Virus record (IMG/VR): IMGVR_UViG_2920551333_000002
Span: 35,128 to 99,127 of that record
From: a virus
Lineage: Duplodnaviria; Caudoviricetes
DNA length: 64,000 nt
Direction: 5' to 3' (one strand)
A model generated the notes under the pieces. The model did not search any database, was not told where the DNA came from, and worked only from the letters and a program-made list of their open reading frames with translations. This document shows, one piece after another, positions 28,114 through 37,739 of the stretch (positions are counted from its first letter, which is position 1; the number at the start of each line of letters is the position of its first letter). Position numbers and translations under genes: made by a program.

Positions 28114-29544
28114 TTACGTGTATGCGGACCAGGCACAAGCCGGCGGCTCAGCGCCCCACCCGCGTGGGGCCAGCTCGGCGCCCCAACTCCTGTGCGGCCC
28201 GTCGACGCCGGTGATCTCGTTGCCGAGGTCCACGACCAGCGCGGTTTCGGCGAGCCCGGCCGAGTCCGACGCGCCAACGGGCTGGCCAGCCACGGCGGTG
28301 TCAGCAGCGGTGAGCGAGTCGGCGCGGGTGATGAGTACGGTGACGCTGGCCGTCTCAGCAGCGCTCACGCTTTCGCCGGTGAGCGGTCCCGCTACGGCCT
28401 GGTCAAGCACGGTGGCCGACTCGGACGCCGAACGCCCCACGTCGATCCGCGCCATCTCCTCCAGGGCGGCGAAGTCACCGCCGGCGACAGCCGCGGCCAG
28501 CGTTGCTGCCTCGACCGTGCTGGCGGCGTCGCTGGTGACCGGGCCGAGCGTTTCCTGTTTCGACGAAGTGTCGACCAGCGCCCCATAGTCGGAGGCCGTG
28601 AGCGCGACCGCAGCCGACTCGGAGAGCACACCGGTGTCGGCGCGGCTGGTCGTCGAGGTGATCTGGACGGTTTCGGAGGCCGCGGCGGTCTCCGCCCGAG
28701 ACGCGGTCCCGGCCGCGGCCGCGATGTCGCTGACTACCGCCGTGTCCGTGCGCTGGGCCGACGCTGTGACCGCTGACGTTTCCGCGACCGCGCCCTGCTC
28801 AGAGACGAGCCGAGCCGCCTGCCCTGTGTCCACCACGGCGGCAGAGTCGGAGCGGGCGAGGACCGCCCGCACATTGGCCTGCTCACCCACCGCTGCCGTG
28901 TCACTGCCGTTCACCGCGACGTCCGTGATGGAGTTGCGGACGCGCATCACGATCGTGTGTGCGATCGGCGTATCGCCGGACAGGGTGAACGTGGCCAGTC
29001 CCGTATCGCCACCCGCGCCGAACAGCATGCTGACGAGACAGGCGACGGTGAAGTTGCCCGACTGCCCATCAAACAGCGGAGACCAGCCCGGCGGTTCGGC
29101 CCAGGTCTTGGGACTGCCACCGCCGGCACCGGCGGTCCAGATCAAGGCGACATCCCCGGCATCCCCGAGGGTGCCGATGTTGACCACGGTCGTGTTATTG
29201 CTGGTGTCGACTCCCGACCAGGAGTCAGCCGGGTTGTACTGGGCCGCCGACAGGGACAAGATCGCGCCCACGCCATCGGCGTTGCTGGCTTGGTAGAGGG
29301 TGACCGTCGCAGGCTCAGACGGGCCAGCAGACTTCATCCAGACGCGGGTGAACAGACCGCTGCTGTCGAGCGGCGCCACTGCGTCGGTCCAGCCCGTGCC
29401 GCTGATCTGCATCTGGCCGGTGCTACCGGTGTCGCACGAGTGGCAGACGATCAGGACATCACCCGGTGCGACGGCTGGCATGGTCAGCGCAAACGAGCCG
29501 CCTGTCCCGGAAATCGCCGACTTGTAGTCGCGGATCTGCGCCAT
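28114..29544 (-). CDS. Fibre-like virion protein with C-terminal repeats
   Basis: N-terminal beta domain (PGDVLIV, ..PPGWS) followed by S/A/T/V-rich repeats of about 19 aa. Confidence 0.65.
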   Translation of the reverse strand: MAQIRDYKSAISGTGGSFALTMPAVAPGDVLIVCHSCDTGSTGQMQISGTGWTDAVAPLDSSGLFTRVWMKSAGPSEPATVTLYQASNADGVGAILSLSAAQYNPADSWSGVDTSNNTTVVNIGTLGDAGDVALIWTAGAGGGSPKTWAEPPGWSPLFDGQSGNFTVACLVSMLFGAGGDTGLATFTLSGDTPIAHTIVMRVRNSITDVAVNGSDTAAVGEQANVRAVLARSDSAAVVDTGQAARLVSEQGAVAETSAVTASAQRTDTAVVSDIAAAAGTASRAETAAASETVQITSTTSRADTGVLSESAAVALTASDYGALVDTSSKQETLGPVTSDAASTVEAATLAAAVAGGDFAALEEMARIDVGRSASESATVLDQAVAGPLTGESVSAAETASVTVLITRADSLTAADTAVAGQPVGASDSAGLAETALVVDLGNEITGVDGPHRSWGAELAPRGWGAEPPACAWSAYT

Positions 29545-29587
29545 CAGCTGCTACCCCCTGGGGTTCGAGGCGCGCTGCATGTGCAGG

Positions 29588-30121
29588 TCAGGCCAGCGAC
29601 AGGGTGACCGTCAGCACCCAGGAGGCCGCCGGCGTCTTCGTGCCGAGAGCTTCCTGCTTGCGGTTGAGCATCCTGCCGCCGCTGGCCGCGTTGAAGATCG
29701 CCCACTCGTTCCAGGCGAAGTTGGCGTCGCCTGTCCCGAACGTGCCCCGGAACGTGATGGTCGCGTTGCCGCTGGCGGTGCCGTCCGCGTGCTGCGGGTA
29801 CGTCGCATCCATCGGCTTGCGGACCTTGCTCGCCCCCTGGAGGTCGGTCTGCGTAGGTGCCGCCGCCGCGGTGCCGTCACCGACGCCGAGGTGCGCGTTC
29901 GCGTTGTTGAAGTAGGTGAGCGGCTGCCCGGCCGCAGCGCTACCGTTGCCGAGCAGCATCTGCCAGATCGCGGACGCGCCTCCGTGCATCAGGGCGTTGC
30001 CCTCGCCCTCGATCGCGTCGAACGGGATCGCGTCGGGGCCGACGTCGCCCCAGTACTTCTCGACCTTCCACGCGACGCGCCAGGTGATCGGGTCGTGCGT
30101 GAGCGTGCTCTCGGCAGACAT
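29588..30121 (-). CDS. Fibre-base-like virion protein
   Basis: GVGDGT, ANFAWNEWAIFNAASGGRMLNR motif typical of phage fibre N-terminal domains. Confidence 0.7.
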   Translation of the reverse strand: MSAESTLTHDPITWRVAWKVEKYWGDVGPDAIPFDAIEGEGNALMHGGASAIWQMLLGNGSAAAGQPLTYFNNANAHLGVGDGTAAAAPTQTDLQGASKVRKPMDATYPQHADGTASGNATITFRGTFGTGDANFAWNEWAIFNAASGGRMLNRKQEALGTKTPAASWVLTVTLSLA

Positions 30122-30292
30122 ATCGGCTCCCAGGTCAGGGTGATCATCACAAGTCAGCGGTGCGGCCCCGGCCCGCGCTGCCCCTCAACAGCAGAGGCCG
30201 GGGACCGCACCGGGTGCTCAACGCGCGTACGGGGAAGCCGCGCGGAGCGACGCACCCCGGCCCGCCACAGAACGGGGGTGCGCGTCTTGAGG

Positions 30293-31579
30293 TCAGAAGG
30301 CCGGCTGCAGCAGCGGCAGCCACGCCGCCTGCGTGGTGTGCAGGCCGTACCGGGCGGCGTCCAGAGCGTGGTCATCCAGCTTTACGGGCACGTCATCGCC
30401 CTTCTCGGCCTTCTTGTCGTCCCACGCGTACGAGCCGACCTCGTCGAGGAACCCGGACACCGAGCGATGCACCCGCAGGTGGTCAGCACCGAGCAGATTG
30501 CTGACCGTGCGGATGCCGTCGTTGACGGAGTTGTCGCCCATCGTCGGCGTGAAGCCGTCACGCTGAAGCTGCGTGATGAAGCTCGCGGCGGACGGGTCCA
30601 CCACCACCCACTGCGGCCGCACCCCGCGGGTGCCTGGCCCGTAGGTGTCGGGGAGGTTGTCCAGCCAGTCGGCCAACTTCAGGCTGTACTCGGCGTCGGT
30701 GAGCTGCCGCCGCTCCGCACGAGAGTCCCAGCGGAACTCGCTGGCCAGGTAGATGCGGCGCTGCCCCTTGTCGTCGGGGACGGACACGCCGATGAGGATC
30801 GCGTCGAACGGATTGACGGTGCCGTAGTCCACGCCCAGGGCCAGCCACCGCTCCATCGGCGGGAGCACGTCGACGACGTGCCGGTCCGGGTCGAACATGT
30901 CGTAGATCGCGCCTTCGGCCATGACCCAGCGACCCTCGATGAACCGCTTGTACCACAACCCGGTGTACTCGGCCTTGAGCGCCTTGACGTACGCCGGGTC
31001 CAACGACGTGTTGTCGTCCAACCTGAAATGCCAATGGCGCAGATCCAACTCGTACTTGCGGTCGAGGAACTGCCGCTTCAGCCAGTGGTTAGGCGCGTCC
31101 GGGTTCGTGGTCCCGAAGAGTTTGGCGTTCTTGACGCTGAGCCGGGCCAGGAGCTGGTCCCAGAACTCCCGCTCGATCAGCGTGATCTCATCGACATACG
31201 CCCCGGCACAGGTCATGCCTCGCAGCCGGTTCTCCGACCGGGCGTCGTTCGACGAGATGATCTCGATGCGCCGCCCGAGAATGTTCGCTGTGGGAGCACC
31301 GCGCGTGTAGATGATCCGCCGCGCGATCGGACCTGTGATCGCAGGGTCTTGCAGCACGTCGAACACGTTTCGGGCGATCGTGTCCGACGTTTTGCCCACG
31401 ATCACTAGCGAACCGCCCCGGGGCGCGTTGGCGACGTACATGACCCAGCGCAGAAGGCTGGCGATGGTCTTGCCCGAGCGGATCGCGCCGCTCCAGATGT
31501 TCAGGCGGGCAGTGGACTCGCCGATCGACCTCAACTGCTTGGGAGACAGATTCAGCGGCGTCGGCGCCGGCGTGCTCAA
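30293..31579 (-). CDS. terL: Terminase large subunit (PBSX-like)
   Basis: Walker A GAIRSGKT, Walker B AYVDE, TTNP, GVDYGT.NP, DHALDAARY; TTG start overlaps the terS stop. Confidence 0.93.
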   Translation of the reverse strand: MSTPAPTPLNLSPKQLRSIGESTARLNIWSGAIRSGKTIASLLRWVMYVANAPRGGSLVIVGKTSDTIARNVFDVLQDPAITGPIARRIIYTRGAPTANILGRRIEIISSNDARSENRLRGMTCAGAYVDEITLIEREFWDQLLARLSVKNAKLFGTTNPDAPNHWLKRQFLDRKYELDLRHWHFRLDDNTSLDPAYVKALKAEYTGLWYKRFIEGRWVMAEGAIYDMFDPDRHVVDVLPPMERWLALGVDYGTVNPFDAILIGVSVPDDKGQRRIYLASEFRWDSRAERRQLTDAEYSLKLADWLDNLPDTYGPGTRGVRPQWVVVDPSAASFITQLQRDGFTPTMGDNSVNDGIRTVSNLLGADHLRVHRSVSGFLDEVGSYAWDDKKAEKGDDVPVKLDDHALDAARYGLHTTQAAWLPLLQPAF

Positions 31580-32061
31580 ACGTCGCCCCCCGACTCGATC
31601 TCGCCGATCACCTCGGCCTCGAGGATGCTGTCCGTGTCGGGGTCGGGGATGGCGTGCCGCTGCTGGATCTGGATCAGCAGGTTGCCCAGCAGCGATGCCA
31701 TGTCGCCGTCCGCGACGCCGTTCCGGTTGATCAAGTCCAGACCCAGCAGCGACGCACGCCGGTTGATGCACTTCAGCGCGGTCTCGCAGGCCTGAACTTC
31801 GCCCTTGATCACCTTCGGCCACAGCGACGCCATGATGCGGTCGAGCCGGTCGATCTCCAGACGGAGAAGCTGCTCCGACGCCAACTGCTCCTGCTTGGCG
31901 GCCTTCTGCAGCGCTCGGTCGATGTCCTTGCTGACCGAGGCCGGGCCGGAGTAGCCCAGCCGCTCCGCGATCACCGTGGGGCTGACGCCGGCGATCCGCA
32001 TCTGCACTGCTTGGTAGCGCCGCTGGGAGATCTCGACCTGGCGCGCCTTGCCGACAACCAT
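31576..32061 (-). CDS. terS: Terminase small subunit
   Basis: N-terminal HTH (IAERLGY), E..RLD, RRA.LLGLD; directly upstream of terL. Confidence 0.8.
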   Translation of the reverse strand: MVVGKARQVEISQRRYQAVQMRIAGVSPTVIAERLGYSGPASVSKDIDRALQKAAKQEQLASEQLLRLEIDRLDRIMASLWPKVIKGEVQACETALKCINRRASLLGLDLINRNGVADGDMASLLGNLLIQIQQRHAIPDPDTDSILEAEVIGEIESGGDV

Positions 32062-32079
32062 GAGGGGCCTCCAGGTCTG

Positions 32080-32796
32080 CTAAGCGGCATACGCCTGCAG
32101 CGCAGCCAAGATGATCTGTGCGGTGCTGGCGTGGCCGTCGCGGGCTCGGATGCGGCCGAGCAGGGCGTTCAGTTCGTCGTGCTCGGCGGCGGTCAACGTG
32201 ATGAGCAGGTCAGCCGTCAGTCCGGCCTTCGGACGGGGCGGCGGCGCGTCCTCGTCGGAGCCGTAGTCGTCCAGGTCGTCCTCGTCCTCGTCGTCGTCGA
32301 GGTCGATCCGCGGCCGCCGCCGCTCCTCCTGGCCGTCATCCCCCGCGGCGGGCCGCGCGCCAGCCGGGGTGTCGCTAACGATTGCGATATCGCTGTCGAG
32401 GTCGGCGAGCAGGTCGTTCAGGTCGTCATCGGTCCAGCCCGTGCCGTCGAGGTCATCGAGGCCGCGCAGCAGCTCGGCAAGAGTCGAGTCGTCGTACCCG
32501 CCGATCTCTGCGGTGCGGTTGTCGGCGAGGAGGATACGTAGCGCGGCGTCGTCGTCCACGTCGAGGATCAGGGCGGGCACCTTGCCCAGGCCCTTGGCCT
32601 TCGCTCCGCGCCAGCGGTGCTCACCGGCGATGATCCGCATCCGGGACTTCTGGACCAGGACCGTCCCGTAGAAGCCGTTCTTCTCGATCGACTCGGCGAT
32701 CACGTCCACGTCGCCGCAGTGCGGGTTGTCCGGGTGTGGTTCGAGGTCGGCAACCGGGACCATCCGGTATGTCTGCTGGACAACGGCGCCTGGCAC
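32080..32796 (-). CDS. ParB-like nuclease-domain protein
   Basis: PHPDNP, SI..NGF, IIAGEHR, LADNRTAE; GTG start with GGAGG RBS. Confidence 0.85.
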   Translation of the reverse strand: MPGAVVQQTYRMVPVADLEPHPDNPHCGDVDVIAESIEKNGFYGTVLVQKSRMRIIAGEHRWRGAKAKGLGKVPALILDVDDDAALRILLADNRTAEIGGYDDSTLAELLRGLDDLDGTGWTDDDLNDLLADLDSDIAIVSDTPAGARPAAGDDGQEERRRPRIDLDDDEDEDDLDDYGSDEDAPPPRPKAGLTADLLITLTAAEHDELNALLGRIRARDGHASTAQIILAALQAYAA

Positions 32797-32860
32797 GGCA
32801 CCTCCAAACAAGGGACTATGAGGGCGTGGGGGTAGCGCAGGACGAGGTCCGAGGAGCGCC

Positions 32861-33250
32861 GTGAACGACGACGATTTCGACATCGAGGCCGTCGCCCAGG
32901 CCGCCAGAGCGCGGGGGTATGACCACATGGATGTGCTCCGCGCTCAGCAGGAGGCCGCGAAGGCACCGCCTCCACCGCCGACTGTCATCCCTGAGCCCGA
33001 GTTCCCGTATCCTCCGCAGCATGCGCTTGGCGGAGTCGTCCGGTTCCGCTGTCCGTTCGGCTGTCCCTGGTACCACGACGAGAACCCCGGCGCTGAGGCA
33101 CCCGGAAGATTCATGCTGCCTGCGGACTTCACGCAAGAAGACGTGACATCCGCGATCAGTCTGGAAGCCGAGGCTCGGCGCAACGCTCTACTCGTCCGGG
33201 TCGAACGAGCCATCACGGTTCACCTCGCCGTCGACCACCCCGACCGCTAG
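32861..33250 (+). CDS. Hypothetical protein (C-x3-C ... H-x3-H, possible Zn site)
   Basis: RBS GAGGAG; GC3-rich; divergent from the late operon. Confidence 0.65.
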   Translation: MNDDDFDIEAVAQAARARGYDHMDVLRAQQEAAKAPPPPPTVIPEPEFPYPPQHALGGVVRFRCPFGCPWYHDENPGAEAPGRFMLPADFTQEDVTSAISLEAEARRNALLVRVERAITVHLAVDHPDR

Positions 33251-34293
33251 GACCTCGGCCGGTAGTCGTGTTGAGCCCGCATCTGCGACATCTTCGCCCC
33301 GAGCGCGATCAACGCGGCGGCCTGCCAGGTACCGTTCTGGACGACCTCGTCGCTCACCTGGACGGACCAGCAGTCGATGGACCGGCCGTTCCGGTAGGGG
33401 ATGCCGGGGGTGGCCGTCCACTGCACCGACCAGGACAGGCGGTCACGCCAGCGAAGCCGTGACCGGCCGAGACGTTCGCGCTGCAGCAGCAGACGGACCT
33501 CGTGCTCGTCACCCTCAGGCATCCGGACGACGCCCACCTGCTCGTCGCCGGCTGGCTCGTAGGAGTACCGCTTGGGCCCGAACAGGCGCTCCATCAGGTC
33601 GAAGCTGAAATGGCCCTGCTGCCAGCGCGGATCGGTGGACGACCAGGCGTTGACGCGGTTCCAGAGCGCCCACCGGATCTGCCAGCTCTCGACGGCCAGG
33701 CGCACCTCGCGCGAGTCGTACCCGGTCGGATTGAGTCGGCGCTGCACCCACGTGCCGAACCCTTCGGTGTGCACGTAGACGGCCAGCAGCCAACCGAGCC
33801 GCAGGTGCACGTTCAGCTCGTGCTCGCTGCCCGCGTTGCCCACCTCGATCCCGATGGAGAAGCCGGGCAGAGCTCGACTCCCAACGACGACCTGTCCGCC
33901 GAGTCCGCCCCGCGGGCTTTCCGGCCACGGGCCAGGCGTGCCCCGGTCATCGTCGTGGACCGGGGTCGTGCGCAGCCCGAACAGGTCCAACATCGCGTTG
34001 GCCGCCAGCACCCGCGTCAGCGGGATCCACGGCCCGGTGTACGGGTCGCCCACCTGGTACGTCTCCGGGTTGAGCGAGCCTTGCGGGCTGGGCCGGACTC
34101 CGCACCGGTCGCAGGCGACCCACCGTGCCGCGTGCTTGCCGGCCTCGGCCGGGCCGTACCCGTCCACGACCGGCCGGTGCCCGCGCAGGCGGCAGACGAG
34201 CATGAGTCGTGGCAGGTCCGACAGCCACCATCCGCGATCGACGAGTGATCGGCTGTTGTCCTCTGCCTTGTAGTTGACGCTGTGCCAGCGCAT
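33247..34293 (-). CDS. Hypothetical Trp-rich protein
   Basis: 348 aa; RBS GGAGG; CRLRGH...CDRCG. Confidence 0.75.
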   Translation of the reverse strand: MRWHSVNYKAEDNSRSLVDRGWWLSDLPRLMLVCRLRGHRPVVDGYGPAEAGKHAARWVACDRCGVRPSPQGSLNPETYQVGDPYTGPWIPLTRVLAANAMLDLFGLRTTPVHDDDRGTPGPWPESPRGGLGGQVVVGSRALPGFSIGIEVGNAGSEHELNVHLRLGWLLAVYVHTEGFGTWVQRRLNPTGYDSREVRLAVESWQIRWALWNRVNAWSSTDPRWQQGHFSFDLMERLFGPKRYSYEPAGDEQVGVVRMPEGDEHEVRLLLQRERLGRSRLRWRDRLSWSVQWTATPGIPYRNGRSIDCWSVQVSDEVVQNGTWQAAALIALGAKMSQMRAQHDYRPRS

Positions 34294-34358
34294 GGCCGTG
34301 ACCTCCGAGGGGTGAAGAGGGAATCCGGTCGCTGCCGGAACTGGCCAGCCAGGAGACT

Positions 34359-34556
34359 GTGCGCGTGAGCGAACTGGATGACATCGCGCGCCGCCTCGAC
34401 GCCGTGGCGGGCATCGACTGGTGTGACACCAGGCGTTTGTTCGAGGACGAGCAGGCCGCGGTGGCCGAGTTCGTACGGCACGCGGCCGCCGACATCACCT
34501 ACCTGTTGACCCAGATCGACTCGACCGCCATGGTGCGAGCCTCCGACGACGCCTGA
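34359..34556 (+). CDS. Small hypothetical protein
   Basis: RBS AGGAG; AEFVRHA..DI..LL motif; 3' end overlaps the Dam gene. Confidence 0.55.
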   Translation: MRVSELDDIARRLDAVAGIDWCDTRRLFEDEQAAVAEFVRHAAADITYLLTQIDSTAMVRASDDA

Positions 34557-35278
34557 CGCACCCGATAGTCGATGCGGCGCCACCCCGACAGCAGCTCGTC
34601 ATACAGCTGCGACCGGTAGCCGGACAGGACGACCGCGCCGCGGCAGGAGTTCAGCAGCTCCAGCAGGTCGCGGTGCTGGTCGTCGGCGTCCATCTCCTTG
34701 ACGTAGCCGCCAGCGCTGGTCCGCGTGCTCCGCAGGTACGGCGGATCCAGGTACATCGCCGTCTCGGGCGAGTCCATGCGGGCGATCAACTCCAGGGCGT
34801 CGCACTGCTCGATGAACGCGTTCTTGAGCCTTGCGGCGTGCCAGCGCAGCGCCGCGCCGGCGCGTTTCGTCCGGGCGGGGTCGGAGATCCGGGAGCGGGA
34901 CGTCGGCCGCCGCCACGACGCGCCGGCCTCGCCCGAGCGGGACTGGGTGCATTGGATCCACCAACGGCGGGCCCGCTCCAGGTCGGACGCTGCGGTGTCG
35001 CCGAGCTTCGCGGCCTGGTGCTCGGCGCGGGAGTACGGGGTGAGCTGGATGGCACGCTGCAGCTCGCGGGGCTGGTCGCGCAGGGCCCGCATGAAGCACA
35101 CGAGGTCGCCGTTCAGGTCGTTGATCGTCTCGATCTTCGCGGGCTGCTTGGCGAAGAACACTGCCGCGGACCCGGCGAAGGGCTCGCAGTACACCTCGTG
35201 CTTGGGCAGGAGGGAGGCGAGGAAGGGGGCGAGCTTTCCCTTGGCGCCGTAGTACGCGAACGGAGGGCGCAGCGCCAC
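34499..35278 (-). CDS. DNA adenine methyltransferase (D12/Dam class)
   Basis: F.YYGAK, YCEPFAGSAAV, INDLN, YLDPPY, LSGY; GTG start with GGAGG. Confidence 0.92.
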   Translation of the reverse strand: MALRPPFAYYGAKGKLAPFLASLLPKHEVYCEPFAGSAAVFFAKQPAKIETINDLNGDLVCFMRALRDQPRELQRAIQLTPYSRAEHQAAKLGDTAASDLERARRWWIQCTQSRSGEAGASWRRPTSRSRISDPARTKRAGAALRWHAARLKNAFIEQCDALELIARMDSPETAMYLDPPYLRSTRTSAGGYVKEMDADDQHRDLLELLNSCRGAVVLSGYRSQLYDELLSGWRRIDYRVRQASSEARTMAVESIWVNR

Positions 35279-35365
35279 GGGCGGTCCTCCTGGATGGCCG
35301 GCCTGTACGTCGGGGCACAGGTGTTCGATAATGGGGTGGTGATCGTGGCACCCGGAACCTGCACC

Positions 35366-35673
35366 ATGTGGCACCAGGACCCGCGCCCGATGCTCAGGCC
35401 GGCCACCCTGAACGAGGGCGGCCCGCAGCGGAGCGTCCGCCCGCGCCAGGTGATCGAGGTGTTGTGCGACGACGGTCGGTGGCACGCGGGCGTGCTGGAG
35501 TGTGCTGGCACGAGGGGGTGCTGGGCTGGGAGTGCCTGATCTCCTGGCACTCGTCGCCGCTTCGCGGATATACGGGCTGGTACGGCTACAGTCCGACGGC
35601 GATCCGTCCGGTAGGCGGTGAAGGCGAGGCCGTCTCGCACGTCGCCGAGGAGGTCGCGGCGGAGCGCCGGTGA
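35366..35673 (+). pseudogene. Small gene apparently split by a 2-nt (TG) insertion near 35501
   Basis: ...IEVLCDDGRWHAGVLEC continues as WHEGVLGWECLISW...GWYGY in another frame. Confidence 0.45.
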
Positions 35674-35890
35674 CTTGTTCGTGGCGGGTCACCGGCTCCC
35701 GCGTTTTGTCGTTATGTCGGTGACCTGCGAAAACGTCTCAGATCCACGCTGACAAGATCACCATTGAGGGTCACTCCGAGACCTTCGTACGGACATGATC
35801 GTGCGTCAGCGTTGATCTCAGACGCGCGGATCCCGCGTGATCAGCGTCCCGAACGTCCCAGAACGCGACGAATGCGAGGATCCACGCTGA

Positions 35891-36055
35891 TCACCACACG
35901 CGCACGAGCCGGAACTGCTCCACGTCCTCGGCGTGACCCACCGCGTACTGGCAGCCGCCGCACACCGCGCGGTCGGTCCACGTGCCCAGGTTGATCGCGC
36001 CGCAGTGGTGCAGCCATGCCGCCTTGTCCAGCGCGCTCGTTCTCGACCTGGGCAC
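35891..36055 (-). CDS. Small Cys/His-rich protein (54 aa, not in the ORF track)
   Basis: GTG with AGGAGG RBS; ..WLHHCGAIN...VCGGCQY...RVW. Confidence 0.6.
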   Translation of the reverse strand: MPRSRTSALDKAAWLHHCGAINLGTWTDRAVCGGCQYAVGHAEDVEQFRLVRVW

Positions 36056-36064
36056 CTGAACCTC

Positions 36065-37045
36065 CTACTCGACCGCCGACGCCACCAACTGCGAAGGGTC
36101 CTTCTCCAGTTGGTCCCGAGAATGCAGATAGATCAGAGTCGTCTCGAACGACTCATGGCCCAATGCCTCCTGGATCTCCCGCGGCTTCGCACCCCGCGCC
36201 TCCGCGATTGACGCCCAGGTGTGCCGCAACGTGTGCGGGGTCACCTTCGACTCAATCCCGGCCTGGCCGGCGATCCGCGCCACCAGCTCCCACGCCTTCT
36301 CACGCTTCATCGGCCGACCCGAGCCCGTGGCGAACAGCGGCCCACGCAGGTCCCGCAGCTCCACCTTGGCCCGGCGCGCCCGCTCGGCGAGGTACTGGTC
36401 CAGCGCATACGCCGTCTCCACCGGCAGCTTCCGGTAGTGCGGCTTGCCACCCTTCAGCGTCAGCCGCAACGTCCGATACCCGCGCGAGAACCCCAGGTCC
36501 TCGATGTCCGCGCCCACCGCCTCGGTGATCCGCACCCCGAGCTGGACCAGCATCCGGATCAGCGCCGCGGTGCGCAGCCGCTCCCGGCCGTGGTCCTTGT
36601 CGGCGGCCTCGACCAGGGCGTGCGCCTCGTCTTCCGTCAGCGCCGTCGTCTCGGAGTGACGTCGAGGGATGTTCGGCCGGTCCGCCTCCGCGAACGGGTT
36701 GAACTTGGCGGCGTCGTTCTTGATCAGGTACTTGTACCAGGCCGACACCGCCGACATCCGCTGCGCGATCGTCTTCTGCGACGGCGGATCGCCCCCGGCC
36801 TCGACCGCGGTCTCCACCATCCACCGGGCGTACAGCTCGGCGTGCCGTACCGACATCTCCAGCGGGTCCAGCCCGGTGCGCTGGCAGTAGGTGAACCAGG
36901 GCCGGATCGCCCGCCGGTACGCGTCGCGGGTGTTCGGCGACCGGCGGGTCTCCAGCCACATGTGCGTGATCTCGATGACGAGCGGTGGCAGGTCGAGCGG
37001 AAGCGCGAGGTCGCCGCGCGGCGCCTCGACGAGCTCTTCCGTCAT
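36065..37045 (-). CDS. Tyrosine recombinase, XerC/D-like
   Basis: SPNTRDAY core-binding start; catalytic R (GVRITE), K (KGGK), HTLRH, LGH, TTLIY. Confidence 0.92.
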   Translation of the reverse strand: MTEELVEAPRGDLALPLDLPPLVIEITHMWLETRRSPNTRDAYRRAIRPWFTYCQRTGLDPLEMSVRHAELYARWMVETAVEAGGDPPSQKTIAQRMSAVSAWYKYLIKNDAAKFNPFAEADRPNIPRRHSETTALTEDEAHALVEAADKDHGRERLRTAALIRMLVQLGVRITEAVGADIEDLGFSRGYRTLRLTLKGGKPHYRKLPVETAYALDQYLAERARRAKVELRDLRGPLFATGSGRPMKREKAWELVARIAGQAGIESKVTPHTLRHTWASIAEARGAKPREIQEALGHESFETTLIYLHSRDQLEKDPSQLVASAVE

Positions 37046-37533
37046 CGGCCACCGCCGCCGGAGGTCGCGATGATGATCCCGCAGCCGCCGCAAGAGTAGT
37101 GCCCAGCCCAGCCCGTAGTGGGCTCGCACGGTTCACCCGTCTCGGTGCACGGCTGGAAACCGTCCCGCTCGGGCGTGTTCCCGCACCGGCAGGTCAGCTC
37201 GGCCCAGTCGTTCACGGTGACGCCGGTGCCGTTGAGCGCGCGGCGCATCTCGCGGACGAGCTTGTTGTGCCCTGCCATCTCCAGACCCCAGTGGGGTTCG
37301 ACGCTCCAGTCGCCTTCGGGCCAGTCGCGGACGATGAGCATGGCGTTCGGGGCGATGCGCTGCTTGGACTGCCAGGCTCGCACGCTGTGTGCCTTGCGCG
37401 CGGCCAGCTCACGGTCTTCGCGGTCGAGGGCGTGCCAGCGGAACTGGACGTTGTCGTACTCATCTGTGTAGATGACCGCGTACTCGGAGCGAGCGGCGGC
37501 CGGGTGGAGCCGGTCGCTGCTGGGGTTGCTCAT
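37042..37533 (-). CDS. Hypothetical protein with a C-terminal Cys cluster
   Basis: RBS GAAAGG; CRCGN...CGGCG; coupled to the recombinase gene. Confidence 0.7.
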   Translation of the reverse strand: MSNPSSDRLHPAAARSEYAVIYTDEYDNVQFRWHALDREDRELAARKAHSVRAWQSKQRIAPNAMLIVRDWPEGDWSVEPHWGLEMAGHNKLVREMRRALNGTGVTVNDWAELTCRCGNTPERDGFQPCTETGEPCEPTTGWAGHYSCGGCGIIIATSGGGGR

Positions 37534-37584
37534 GGGAGCACCTTTCGCGAGGGAAGTGGATCACTCGCGACGGTAGCACACGAA

Positions 37585-37612
37585 GGGGAACATAACTTGG
37601 ATTATGTTCCCC
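37585..37612. other. dif-like recombination site (11-6-11)
   Basis: GGGGAACATAA-CTTGGA-TTATGTTCCCC: perfect arms with the CATAA-N6-TTATG core of dif sites, next to the recombinase operon. Confidence 0.8.
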
Positions 37613-37739
37613 TCCCTGTGATCATGAAGCGAGACGAAACAAGAGTCTCCCCGCCGACGATTTACAGCCGAATCTCCCTCGGCCACCGCTGAGCATGCGA
37701 GACCATCAGGAGCCACCAACTCCCCGCGAAAGGCCCACC

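Noticed and set aside
22265-31408. Long plus-strand ORFs (e.g. 22265..23815, 23842..26214, 26061..28214, 29579..31408) and similar antisense ORFs elsewhere
   Set aside because: Shadow ORFs opposite well-supported genes, expected in high-GC DNA; no recognisable motifs.
17367-35278. Restriction-modification system
   Set aside because: Both methyltransferases lack a recognisable adjacent endonuclease, so they are treated as orphan MTases.
36065-37045. Prophage integrase marking an att boundary
   Set aside because: It lies mid-genome with phage genes on both sides, has no arm-binding domain, no tRNA or att duplication was seen, and the adjacent site is an intact symmetric dif-like site.
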